A DNA stretch of 32,055 nt from a virus (taxonomy: Duplodnaviria; Caudoviricetes). The notes under the pieces were generated by a model. The model saw nothing but the letters and a program-made list of their open reading frames with translations. It searched no databases and had not been told where the DNA came from. Location of the stretch: IMG/VR virus record IMGVR_UViG_3300025875_000787, positions 1 to 32,055 of that record; one strand, written 5' to 3'. The position numbers were made by a program, and so were the translations under genes. How positions within the stretch are numbered: the first letter of the stretch is position 1; each line of letters starts with the position of its first letter. Below, piece after piece: positions 24,782 through 32,055 of this stretch.

Positions 24782-25368
24782 GCGGATCTCCTCATCAGGG
24801 CGGTGCACAGGGCGTCGATGGCCGCGCGGGCTCGTTCGGCCTTGGCGCGGACCTTCGGGTCGGCGTGGGTGAGGCCTCGGGCCAGGAGGTCAGCGGGCGG
24901 TCGTGGAGCCGGCACGACGACCGGGTCGTCGTCGACGACGTCGGCCACCTGGTCGCCGGCGCCGGTGCTGGCGGGTGAACTGCATTCGGGTGAGTCGGCC
25001 TCCGCAGCACTGGCCTGCGGCTGGCGGTCGGCGGACATCTGGCCGAGCTCGGAGACGAGGTCGCCCGCGACGAGCACGACGAAGTCGGCGGCGCTGAGCT
25101 CACTGGGGTCGACCGGCCCGGGGTCGACGTCGACGACGCCGGCGGCCGTGAGTTCGGCGGTGAGTTCGGAGAGCCGATCGGCTTCGTGCTCGGCGTGGGT
25201 GGGCAGCTCGTCGTTGCCGTCGGCGCTGGGTGTGACTACCTGGTCGACGTCGGCGGCGGTCCACCAGCCGGTGCGTTCGCCGACCGCGATGAGCTGCTCG
25301 GGGGTCTGGCCGCGCCCGAGCCCCTTGGCGATCTCGCCGGGTACGTCGGTTGGTCGGCTGGTGCTCAT
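24778..25368 (-). CDS. Acidic hypothetical protein
   Basis: ATG 25368 (MSTSRPTDVP), ATGA-coupled at both ends. Confidence 0.7.
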   Translation of the reverse strand: MSTSRPTDVPGEIAKGLGRGQTPEQLIAVGERTGWWTAADVDQVVTPSADGNDELPTHAEHEADRLSELTAELTAAGVVDVDPGPVDPSELSAADFVVLVAGDLVSELGQMSADRQPQASAAEADSPECSSPASTGAGDQVADVVDDDPVVVPAPRPPADLLARGLTHADPKVRAKAERARAAIDALCTALMRRSA

Positions 25369-25643
25369 CGGGTGGCCGCCTCGTTCAGGGCGTTGAGCGC
25401 GACCAGCCAGGGGCCGCGCTCCGCGGGGGGGTGGGTGAGTCCTTCGCCGTCGAGCCAGCGCGTGATGTCGCGGGTCAGGGCGCCTCGGATGCCGGCGGGG
25501 ATGGCGGCCGCGTTGGCCTCGAGGGTCAAGCGCATCAGCTGGCCGGCGTGGCAGCGGCGGGAGCGCATGGCGTAGCGCGCGGCGTAGACGAGCACGGCAG
25601 CGTCCCCCGTCCACTCCTGCGGGGTCACTGTGTGGGTGGCCAT
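25365..25643 (-). CDS. Hypothetical protein
   Basis: 92 aa, coupled at both ends; YAARYAM motif. Confidence 0.7.
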   Translation of the reverse strand: MATHTVTPQEWTGDAAVLVYAARYAMRSRRCHAGQLMRLTLEANAAAIPAGIRGALTRDITRWLDGEGLTHPPAERGPWLVALNALNEAATR

Positions 25644-26641
25644 CAGTCGACCGGCGCCGGCGGCGGCAGGAGCTCGTCGAGCTTGGCGGGGTCGACGTCG
25701 GCGGGCAGCAGGATCTGCCGGGGGAGTCCGGCCCGGACGGGACCGACAATCCCGGCGCGTTCCAGCTCGTCCATGAGCGTGCCGGCGCGGGCGTGCCGGA
25801 TCCGGAGCTTGCGCTGCACCATGGCCGCCGAACCGAACTGCCCGGTGACGACGAGGTCTGCGGCCTGGCGGAGGAGGTTGTGCTCCTCGAGCTGGCGGGT
25901 GTACTCCGTCAGGGCGGCCTCGTGGTCGTCGACGCGCTGGTCGGCGACCTCGTCGTAGGACAGCACCAGCTCCTGGGGCTTGGGCAGCCTCTCGGCCCAG
26001 TTGTGGTGCCAGGCCTTGATCTGGCCGGCCAGCTCCTCATCGCGGGAGGGCACCAGGACGCCCAGGAAGCTCTCTCCGCAGCTGATGAGCTGGTTGCCGT
26101 GCTTGGAGCTGGTGACGGCCAGCGCTCGGCCGTAGGCGCGGGATGCCTTGGCGAACTGGGCGAGCGTGGCGCCGTCGGCGATCCAGCGGGCGGCGGGCTC
26201 GGTCGCGGGGTTGTGCAGGGCCCGGGCGACCACGCCGGCGATGTCGGGGTAGCCGGTGCCGTGCGGGAGCCGGGGCAGGGTGACGCTCTTGCCGGTGAAC
26301 AGGCCGCCGGTGTCGGTGACGACGAGTTCATCGCCGACCTCGAAGCGCAGGGTCTCGCCGACCTCGTCGTCGCCGTCGGTGCCCCCCTTGAAGAGGGTGA
26401 GGATCTCCTTGGCGTCGGTGGGGGAGATGTCGAACGGGCCGAGCTCGCCGTCGTGGTGGTCCCAGATGGAGACGATGGCCAAGCCGGCGGTGTACCGGTT
26501 GGTGGCGGTGAGCGTGAGGTTCTCGCTGCCGACGTCGCAGCGGATGCGGTGGAGGTCCTGGTAGTCGGGCCGGGGGTAGGCGTGCGGGGGAACGGCGCGG
26601 AGGGCGGCGCGCAGGTCGCTGGTGCCGACGGTGAAGCGCAT
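25643..26641 (-). CDS. Sliding-clamp (DnaN)-like protein fused to an FtsK gamma domain
   Basis: N-terminal LRAALRAV.PHA..LHRIR..LTATNRY and YPDI..F.GVLVP are clamp-like. C-terminal LLRQAADLVV.GQFGSAAMVQRKLRI..ARAG.LMDELE.AGIVGP is an FtsK gamma domain. Confidence 0.8.
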   Translation of the reverse strand: MRFTVGTSDLRAALRAVPPHAYPRPDYQDLHRIRCDVGSENLTLTATNRYTAGLAIVSIWDHHDGELGPFDISPTDAKEILTLFKGGTDGDDEVGETLRFEVGDELVVTDTGGLFTGKSVTLPRLPHGTGYPDIAGVVARALHNPATEPAARWIADGATLAQFAKASRAYGRALAVTSSKHGNQLISCGESFLGVLVPSRDEELAGQIKAWHHNWAERLPKPQELVLSYDEVADQRVDDHEAALTEYTRQLEEHNLLRQAADLVVTGQFGSAAMVQRKLRIRHARAGTLMDELERAGIVGPVRAGLPRQILLPADVDPAKLDELLPPPAPVD

Positions 26642-26652
26642 ACGGGTGCTCC

Positions 26653-27477
26653 TCAGGCTGCGGCGACGTCGGTGGACGTCCCGGGTCGGGCGTGCAGGCG
26701 GCTGCGGGCCTTGAAGACGGCGTCCTTGGTGCTCCTCAGCAGCGCGGCGATCTCGGCGTCGCTGCGGCCGCGGCGGTGCAGCAGGGTGATGGCCAGGCGT
26801 CGCTCGGCGCGGTTGAGTTCGATGTCGGTGGCGCCGGCCATGACCCGCTCGACGGCGACCTCGTCGACGTCGTCGGCCCGAGGTCCGGTGGCGGGCGGAG
26901 CGCTGGGGTCGTCGATCGAGTTGCCATCCCAGGCCTCGGGCAGCTGCCAGCCGCGGTTGCGGGCAAGCGCACGGCAGCGCGGTGATGGGCCCTGGCCCAG
27001 GCTGAGTCGGTCGTAGGCGGCCGCGACGGCGGTCACGGTGTCCACGTGCACCACGGGGAATCGCCGGTTGGCCAGGGCCTCGACGCGCTGCTTGGCCACG
27101 CCGAGCTCGGCGGCGACGTCGATGTACCGGTAGCCGAGGGCGGTGAGGGCCTGCAGGCGGCGCGAGGTGCCGGTGGCGTCGACGAACAGTGGGCCTCCGG
27201 CCTGGGCGCGGCGCAGCTGCCAGCGCTGGAGCTTGGCCCGGTCGCGCCGGCGCACGGCCTGACGCGAGCGCCAGTACTCAAGGTCCGCGTCGCTGGGCCA
27301 GAGGCGGCCGTGGGCGGCTTCCCGCGCACGGCGGGTGCGCCAGCGGGTGACCGAGGCCAGCGAGACGCCGAACCGGACTGCGGTGGCTTCGTGCTTGTGG
27401 CTGTCGCTGTGCTCGAGGACCTGGCGGATCAGGGCCGGGTTGATGGCGGGTGGGCCGGTGAGCCGGTTCTGGCTCAT
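26653..27477 (-). CDS. Multi-HTH DNA-binding protein
   Basis: ATG 27477. HTH1 TAVRFGVSLASVTRW, HTH2 GTSRRLQALTALGY..VAAELG, HTH3 GRSDAEIAALL. Confidence 0.8.
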   Translation of the reverse strand: MSQNRLTGPPAINPALIRQVLEHSDSHKHEATAVRFGVSLASVTRWRTRRAREAAHGRLWPSDADLEYWRSRQAVRRRDRAKLQRWQLRRAQAGGPLFVDATGTSRRLQALTALGYRYIDVAAELGVAKQRVEALANRRFPVVHVDTVTAVAAAYDRLSLGQGPSPRCRALARNRGWQLPEAWDGNSIDDPSAPPATGPRADDVDEVAVERVMAGATDIELNRAERRLAITLLHRRGRSDAEIAALLRSTKDAVFKARSRLHARPGTSTDVAAA

Positions 27478-27860
27478 GAACACCGCCGCAGCGGCTCGGT
27501 CTGCTGCCACAGGACCTGACAGGTGGCGATGAAGACCCACAGGTGCGGTGCGTCGGCGACCGCGTCGGCGGCGAGCCGGGCGCCGGCGAGCTCGACTGGG
27601 TCGATGCCTTCCTCGGGCAGGTCAGCCAGGACGCCGGTGGCCTGCCAGGGTGGGTAGGCGATGGTGCGCACCCGGCTGCAGCGGGTCGGGCCCGTGAGCT
27701 GCTCGAGGTGCGCGGCCGCGCGCAGCGGGGCATCGCGGAGGTAGTCGCCGCCGGCGAGGACGACGGTCCGCCGGTAGGTCGGACGGCGGCCGCGGGCGGG
27801 GCGGGCGACAGCGGCCAGCGGGCGGCTGGCCGGCAGGATCGGGATGAGGGCGGCGGTCAC
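27474..27860 (-). CDS. Hypothetical protein
   Basis: GTG 27860 (VTAALIP), coupled at both ends. Confidence 0.6.
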   Translation of the reverse strand: MTAALIPILPASRPLAAVARPARGRRPTYRRTVVLAGGDYLRDAPLRAAAHLEQLTGPTRCSRVRTIAYPPWQATGVLADLPEEGIDPVELAGARLAADAVADAPHLWVFIATCQVLWQQTEPLRRCS

Positions 27861-28333
27861 GCTGTGCGCCGTGTCTTCTGCAGCCGGTCTGCGGCGCGGC
27901 CGAGGTCGGCGAGGGTGACGCCGCCGTCCGGGCCGCTGGTGTTGCGGATGGCGGCGCGGTGGATCTGTTCGATGACGACCGGGTCGCCGGCCAGCAGCGA
28001 GGTGCGGGTGCGGGGCAGCCCCCGTGCGGCCTTGAGCAGCAGGTCGGCGGCGTCCTCGCGGCTGAGGTGGCCGCGTGGGGGGACGACCTCGATGGAGATC
28101 GGGACGACGTTGCCGTAGAGGGAGATCCAGACCAGGCCGCCGGCGGCGAGGGCCTCCAGGTCGCCCTCCTCCAGGGCGCACCGGATGTTGAACCGGGCGG
28201 CGCCGTCCAGTGCGCCGGCGTGGTTCTGGTCGACCAGGACGGGCAGGTCCGGCACGTCTCCGCCGTCGCCGGTGACCAAGCGCGGGTGGGCGCCTTCCCA
28301 CACCTCGTCGGCGGGGATCTCGGTCGGCTTCAT
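27857..28333 (-). CDS. Hypothetical protein
   Basis: ATG 28333 (MKPTEIP) with GGAGG RBS and ATGA overlap. Confidence 0.7.
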   Translation of the reverse strand: MKPTEIPADEVWEGAHPRLVTGDGGDVPDLPVLVDQNHAGALDGAARFNIRCALEEGDLEALAAGGLVWISLYGNVVPISIEVVPPRGHLSREDAADLLLKAARGLPRTRTSLLAGDPVVIEQIHRAAIRNTSGPDGGVTLADLGRAADRLQKTRRTA

Positions 28334-28614
28334 CGCCATCCTCCGTGCTGCTGCTGGGCCGGCGTCGCGTCGGCGTAGGGATCGGGGATCGGGGGCGGCC
28401 GCACGGCGTGACAGGCGTGCGGTTCGCGTGCCGGTTGACGCCTGGAGGGCAGGAGGTAGCGACGCGCGGCGGCGCGGCCTCCTGCGATCCAGACGTCGAC
28501 GTGGCCTTGGTCGACCGGGTCGACGTCGACCAGGTAGGTCTGGTCGGTCTCGATGTCGATGACGGAGAGGACGGGCGCGCCGCAGCCCCTGCAGGTGGTC
28601 TGGGCGCGGGGCAT
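28330..28614 (-). CDS. Small Zn-ribbon protein
   Basis: CRGCGAPV..VDVDP..G.V..HAC. Confidence 0.7.
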   Translation of the reverse strand: MPRAQTTCRGCGAPVLSVIDIETDQTYLVDVDPVDQGHVDVWIAGGRAAARRYLLPSRRQPAREPHACHAVRPPPIPDPYADATPAQQQHGGWR

Positions 28615-28943
28615 CAGCCGTCCCCGGTGTCCGGCAGCTGGACCGGATCCGGGCGGCGGCGTTCGGCGTGTTCGTGCACCGCGGTGCGCTCTTCGTCGGT
28701 CGGCTGGAAGGTGATCCGCAGCCTGGCGGGCAGCGCGCGGATGCAGAACGCGCAGACCCGCAGCGGCGGGGGCGGCTGGCCGGGCGGCAGCGGCCGCACG
28801 GTGGTGGGGTCGCGGCGGCAGATCGGGTGGCCACCGGGCCGGTTGAGGATGTGCACCGCGGATCCGGCCGGGGTGGCCGCCAGCGCGGTTTCGGGCTGCT
28901 CCCGCAGCAGCGTCGCCGCCGGCACCACCAGCGCGCCGCTCAC
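28614..28943 (-). CDS. Small His/Cys metal-binding protein
   Basis: GTG 28943; VH..PIC..VCAFC. Confidence 0.65.
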   Translation of the reverse strand: MSGALVVPAATLLREQPETALAATPAGSAVHILNRPGGHPICRRDPTTVRPLPPGQPPPPLRVCAFCIRALPARLRITFQPTDEERTAVHEHAERRRPDPVQLPDTGDG

Positions 28944-29302
28944 GGCCGCCTCAGCGGGGCCAGGAACTCGCTCTGCCCATCCTCGAAGAACCGGTAGCTG
29001 CCCAGGGGGTTGTCCGCCAGGTCGAAGATCTCGCACTGGGCGTGGACATCGCAGGTGAGCAGCTGGTCGTCGAGTCGCTCGCGGAGCGGATGCCGCACGG
29101 TGAAGTTCCGCTCGTGGAAGACGACCAGATGCTCGGTCTCCTTATCCTCGAGCAGCTCGTCGACCGCGGCGGACCGCAGGCAGTGCGGCCAGGAGCAGAC
29201 GATGCGGCCACCCGCGCCGAGGACGAGGTACTCCCCGCAGCCCATCGGGCAGCGGCCGGCCACCTGGGGGCGGGGCCAGGCATGGGGGTCGGTGGAGGCC
29301 AT
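28940..29302 (-). CDS. DUF6085-like Zn-binding protein
   Basis: ATG 29302; VAGRCPMGCG..GGRIVCS..C..ETEHLV..FTVRHPLRERL..C..H (family recalled from memory). Confidence 0.65.
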   Translation of the reverse strand: MASTDPHAWPRPQVAGRCPMGCGEYLVLGAGGRIVCSWPHCLRSAAVDELLEDKETEHLVVFHERNFTVRHPLRERLDDQLLTCDVHAQCEIFDLADNPLGSYRFFEDGQSEFLAPLRRP

Positions 29303-29454
29303 CAGCGGGTCACCTCGACGGCGTCGACGGGCGGCAGGCAGCGGCCGCGGTGCAGGCGGCGGAGCACGCAGGGCTGGCTGGCGGCCGCGTGCCGTCGGCA
29401 CAGGTTGTCGACACCGAACTGGGTGGCGACGTGGGCGACCATGCCGCGATTCAC
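29302..29454 (-). CDS. 50-aa Cys/His hypothetical protein
   Basis: GTGA-coupled start and TGATG-coupled stop; C..H..PC..H..C. Confidence 0.55.
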   Translation of the reverse strand: MNRGMVAHVATQFGVDNLCRRHAAASQPCVLRRLHRGRCLPPVDAVEVTR

Positions 29455-30077
29455 CGGGCACCGTCCTGCTCGGCCAACTGCAGCCGGCCGCGGTGGGTCA
29501 GGACGAGGACCTCTTCGGCCGGCGCGCCGTGGCTGGCGTCCCCGCGGGGGTGCCGCACCTGGCCGGAGTCCTCGATCCACCGGTCGGCCTTGAGCTCGGT
29601 GAGCCGCGGCCGCAGCGTGTACAGGTCGATCTGGCCGTGGGTGTCGCAGTACCAGTGCCAGGCCTCGGTGGAGGTCATCCCGGCGTCGGCGACCTCGGCG
29701 AAGCGCTCGATCAGCCGGCGGCGAGGCTTGCCGGTCCGGCCCAGCATCAGAGTCGCAGCCTGCGCGGCGGTGCCGTGGTCCTCGATCCGGGACGCCGCCG
29801 CGGCACGGCCGGGGTCGGGCAGCTGGTGCAGCGGCGGCTGGGCCGTGACCGGCGCGGGAGGCGCGGCGGCCAGCTGGGAGCGCGCCGCTTCGCCGGCGAT
29901 CATCATCAGGTCGGTGGCCTGCAGGTCGGGGGCGATCTCGTAGACGGTCGCCCCGGGGACCAGGTCGGCGGCGCAGACCCAGCCGACGGCGTAGCGCACG
30001 ATCGGGCGGCCCGGGCACACCAGGTCGCCGCGGTGCTTGCAGCAGGTCAGGGCCGGCCGATCGTCGAGGGCGGTCAC
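29451..30077 (-). CDS. Protein with N-terminal Cys cluster and C-terminal winged HTH
   Basis: GMTSTEA..TLRPRLTELKADRWIEDSG.R winged-HTH pattern. Confidence 0.7.
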   Translation of the reverse strand: MTALDDRPALTCCKHRGDLVCPGRPIVRYAVGWVCAADLVPGATVYEIAPDLQATDLMMIAGEAARSQLAAAPPAPVTAQPPLHQLPDPGRAAAASRIEDHGTAAQAATLMLGRTGKPRRRLIERFAEVADAGMTSTEAWHWYCDTHGQIDLYTLRPRLTELKADRWIEDSGQVRHPRGDASHGAPAEEVLVLTHRGRLQLAEQDGAR

Positions 30078-30763
30078 GGGGTGCCCTGGTCACGGCCGGT
30101 GAGCTGGTCGAACCAGCGACGGGCCCAGCGCGCGTCGCCCAGGGCCGTGTGCCGCTCCTCGTCGGTCGGCGGCTGGGCCCCGAGTGCCGCGGCGAGCTCC
30201 TCGGAGCGCATCGGCAGCGCGCTGGCGGTCGCCTCGTGCTGCTCGGCGACGCCGACGGCCGCGCGGACGGCGAAGACACCCCAGGTGGCGGCCTTGAGGT
30301 CGACGATCGCGTACTGCCAGGGCTCCTCGGGCAGGCCGTGGCGGCGGAACATCGCCGAGAGCACCGCCGCGTCGAAGTGCACCCCGACGCCGACCAGCAC
30401 GACGCCAGCGAGCAGCTGGTAGACCGTGCGCGCGATGGACCACTCGGCGTCCCGGGCGATGCCCACCTCGGGCGGGTAGGCGGTGGCCAGCCAGTCGGCG
30501 TGCTGCCTGGTGCGGCCGCGGTCGTACCAGCCGCCGACCTCGAGCGCTTCGTGCGTCGTCCCGGCCGGCAGGGAGTCGGTGAAGTACTCGACGTGGAAGA
30601 CGTACTCGGCCTCGGCGACCGGGTCGACGGTCATCTTCTCGGGCACGGCGGCCGGCGCGGGCTCGACGTCGTCCCGGACGATGAGGGCGATCTCCCACGG
30701 GCGGGCCATCGAGCCGAGGCTGGTGGTCTCGGTGTCGACGAAGACGATCCGGGGGCCGGTCAT
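30074..30763 (-). CDS. DEDDh 3'-5' exonuclease (DnaQ-like)
   Basis: Exo I VFVDTETT..WEIA, Exo II VHFD, Exo III HTALGDA. Confidence 0.9.
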   Translation of the reverse strand: MTGPRIVFVDTETTSLGSMARPWEIALIVRDDVEPAPAAVPEKMTVDPVAEAEYVFHVEYFTDSLPAGTTHEALEVGGWYDRGRTRQHADWLATAYPPEVGIARDAEWSIARTVYQLLAGVVLVGVGVHFDAAVLSAMFRRHGLPEEPWQYAIVDLKAATWGVFAVRAAVGVAEQHEATASALPMRSEELAAALGAQPPTDEERHTALGDARWARRWFDQLTGRDQGTP

Positions 30764-31365
30764 CGCAGGGCCTGCCGCGCCCAGGACTGGACCAGCTCGA
30801 TGACCTCGTCGACCCGGTCGCGCACGTGCCGCTGCGGCCGGACCTTGTGCTGGCCGTCCTGCAGCCGCGCGACGCGGAGCACGTCGACGAGTTCAGCCAG
30901 CCGCGCGCCCAGCGGGATGTCCCACTGGGACAGCACCGGGGAGCGGGCGACGATCGCTGCTGTCTCGATGGCCAGCTGCTCCGGCGGTCCCTCCTCGACC
31001 CACGCGTCGTGCAGAACCTCGCTGTAGGGCAGCCGGCTCAGCAACGCCGTGGCAGCGGCCCCGTGGTCGCCGGCGACCTGGTGCTGCACGAGCGCGGTGA
31101 GGTTGGCCGCGATGCTGCCCTCTGTGCCGGTGTAGTCCACCGGCCGCCGGGCGATGTAGCGCGCCAGACCGGCGAAGTAGTGGTCGACGGTCGGCCAGCG
31201 GCGGTAGAAGCCGGCCTTGCCGGCGTGCACCTCGGCGACGAGGTTGTCGACCCGGAAGGCGTGCATCCCGTGGGTCGCCAGCAGCCGGATCCCGGCGTCG
31301 AGAAGGCGGTCGCCGAGGGCGGCGTCCAGCGGTCGGCCCGGGGGGCGTCGAACGGCGGCGGTCAC
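30760..31365 (-). CDS. TetR/AcrR-family transcriptional regulator
   Basis: GRPLD..RLLDAGIRLLATHG..FRVDNLVAEVHAGKAGFYRRWPT TetR-type HTH. Confidence 0.85.
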   Translation of the reverse strand: MTAAVRRPPGRPLDAALGDRLLDAGIRLLATHGMHAFRVDNLVAEVHAGKAGFYRRWPTVDHYFAGLARYIARRPVDYTGTEGSIAANLTALVQHQVAGDHGAAATALLSRLPYSEVLHDAWVEEGPPEQLAIETAAIVARSPVLSQWDIPLGARLAELVDVLRVARLQDGQHKVRPQRHVRDRVDEVIELVQSWARQALR

Positions 31366-31493
31366 GAGAGAACCCGGTCACGCGCCGGCTGGTCGGTGCG
31401 GGGCGGCAGGTCGCGGTACAGCCAGCGGTTGCCCAGCGCGATCGCCACCCCGGCGACGACGAACCCGCCGAGGAACAGGCCAACGACGATCAC
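31362..31493 (-). CDS. 43-aa single-pass membrane protein (not in ORF track)
   Basis: MIVVGLFLGGFVVAGVAIALGNRWLYRDLPPRTDQPARDRVLS; GTGA overlaps at both ends. Confidence 0.7.
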   Translation of the reverse strand: MIVVGLFLGGFVVAGVAIALGNRWLYRDLPPRTDQPARDRVLS

Positions 31494-31729
31494 CGAGTCA
31501 CCGCCACGATCGGCTGCGTGCGCGGCTCGAGGATCCGCAGCCCGGCCCCGGCGGTCACCGGAGGCCGCGCGGCTCGCGCGGCCCGTGCGGCCCGGCTCTC
31601 CCGGCGACCGAGGGCCCGCATCCGGTGTGGGTGCTCGGCGCGGTAGTCCTCGAGGTGGGCCGCGGGGCGCCGGTCCGGATCGTGCCCGGGCTGCAGACGG
31701 TGTCGTCCCTGGGTGGAGTGCTGGCTCAT
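31490..31729 (-). CDS. Basic hypothetical protein
   Basis: 79 aa with an AGGAG RBS. Confidence 0.7.
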   Translation of the reverse strand: MSQHSTQGRHRLQPGHDPDRRPAAHLEDYRAEHPHRMRALGRRESRAARAARAARPPVTAGAGLRILEPRTQPIVAVTR

Positions 31730-31750
31730 CGGTACGCTCCTGGTGTCGGT

Positions 31751-31845
31751 GCCCCCCTCGCGCTGCCGGCCAGCGTTGCGAGGGGGGCGCTGTGCTGTTC
31801 AGGGGTCGTTCAGCCGGCCGGCACCGGGGGAGTAGCGCCGGCCGG
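31751..31845 (-). promoter_or_regulatory. Two tandem GC-rich hairpins between xis and the early operon
   Basis: CCGGCCGGC/GCCGGCCGG (31814-31845) and GCCCCCCTCG..CGAGGGGGGC (31751-31788). Confidence 0.55.
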
Positions 31846-31848
31846 AGT

Positions 31849-32055
31849 TCAGGCGGCCGGGTCGGCCTTCTGCTCCTGCACGAAGCGGTCGACCACGTCG
31901 GGGTCGAAGAGGAAGGCGCCGTTCGGGCCTGGCAGCTTCTGCGCCGGCTCCAGGTCGCCGGCGACGGCGAGACGGTGGATGGTGCGCAGGCTTTTCTTGA
32001 GGAGTCGGGAGACCTCAGGACTCGTCAGGAGCGTCTTGGCACCGCTGCTCGGCAT
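31849..32055 (-). CDS. Excisionase/Cro-like HTH_17 DNA-binding protein
   Basis: LLTSPEVSRLLKKSLRTIHRLAVAGDL...FLFDPDVVDRF. Confidence 0.85.
   Translation of the reverse strand: MPSSGAKTLLTSPEVSRLLKKSLRTIHRLAVAGDLEPAQKLPGPNGAFLFDPDVVDRFVQEQKADPAA

Larger units (their letters stand above)
1..32055 (-). mobile_element. Actinobacterial temperate siphophage/prophage (partial; integrase, repressor and lysis module outside the window)
   Basis: Canonical gene order xis-early-rep-HNH-terS-terL-portal-head-tail-TMP-Dit-hub-RBP, with ATGA/GTGA/TGATG gene overlaps and very high GC. Confidence 0.97.

Noticed and set aside
3071-26280. Scattered KOPS-like GGGNAGGG octamers as targets for the FtsK gamma domain
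   Set aside because: Only a handful were seen, on both strands, which is expected at this GC content. I cannot show enrichment by eye.
1-32055. tRNA genes, att sites or IS elements
   Set aside because: No cloverleaf, integrase or transposase is recognisable, and intergenic gaps are short and otherwise explained.

Overview
This window is most of a high-GC actinobacterial temperate siphophage or prophage, read almost entirely on the minus strand. From right to left it holds an excisionase/Cro-like HTH gene, then a long translationally coupled early/middle operon (TetR-like regulator, DEDDh exonuclease, wHTH and Zn-finger proteins, triple-HTH protein, beta-clamp-like/FtsK-gamma fusion, permuted papain-like peptidase, DUF4326, HTH replication initiator with internal iterons, Cys-rich putative late regulator). 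Next come HNH, a likely cos region, terminases, portal, minor head protein, scaffold, capsid, head-tail connectors, major tail protein, a -1 frameshifted tail assembly chaperone, tape measure, Dit, hub and a receptor-binding-like protein. Integrase, repressor and lysis genes are not in the window. Three single-gene cassettes sit on the opposite strand: an ANTAR RNA-binding protein, an 83-aa protein and a 191-aa protein. Each is bracketed by short direct repeats, and two have leaderless promoters matching PafBC/RecA-NDp DNA-damage promoter spacing. A recurrent GCGAY-loop hairpin sits at the translation starts of terS and scaffold. All family assignments are motif recognition by eye, not database searches, and several start codons are corrected relative to the ORF track.
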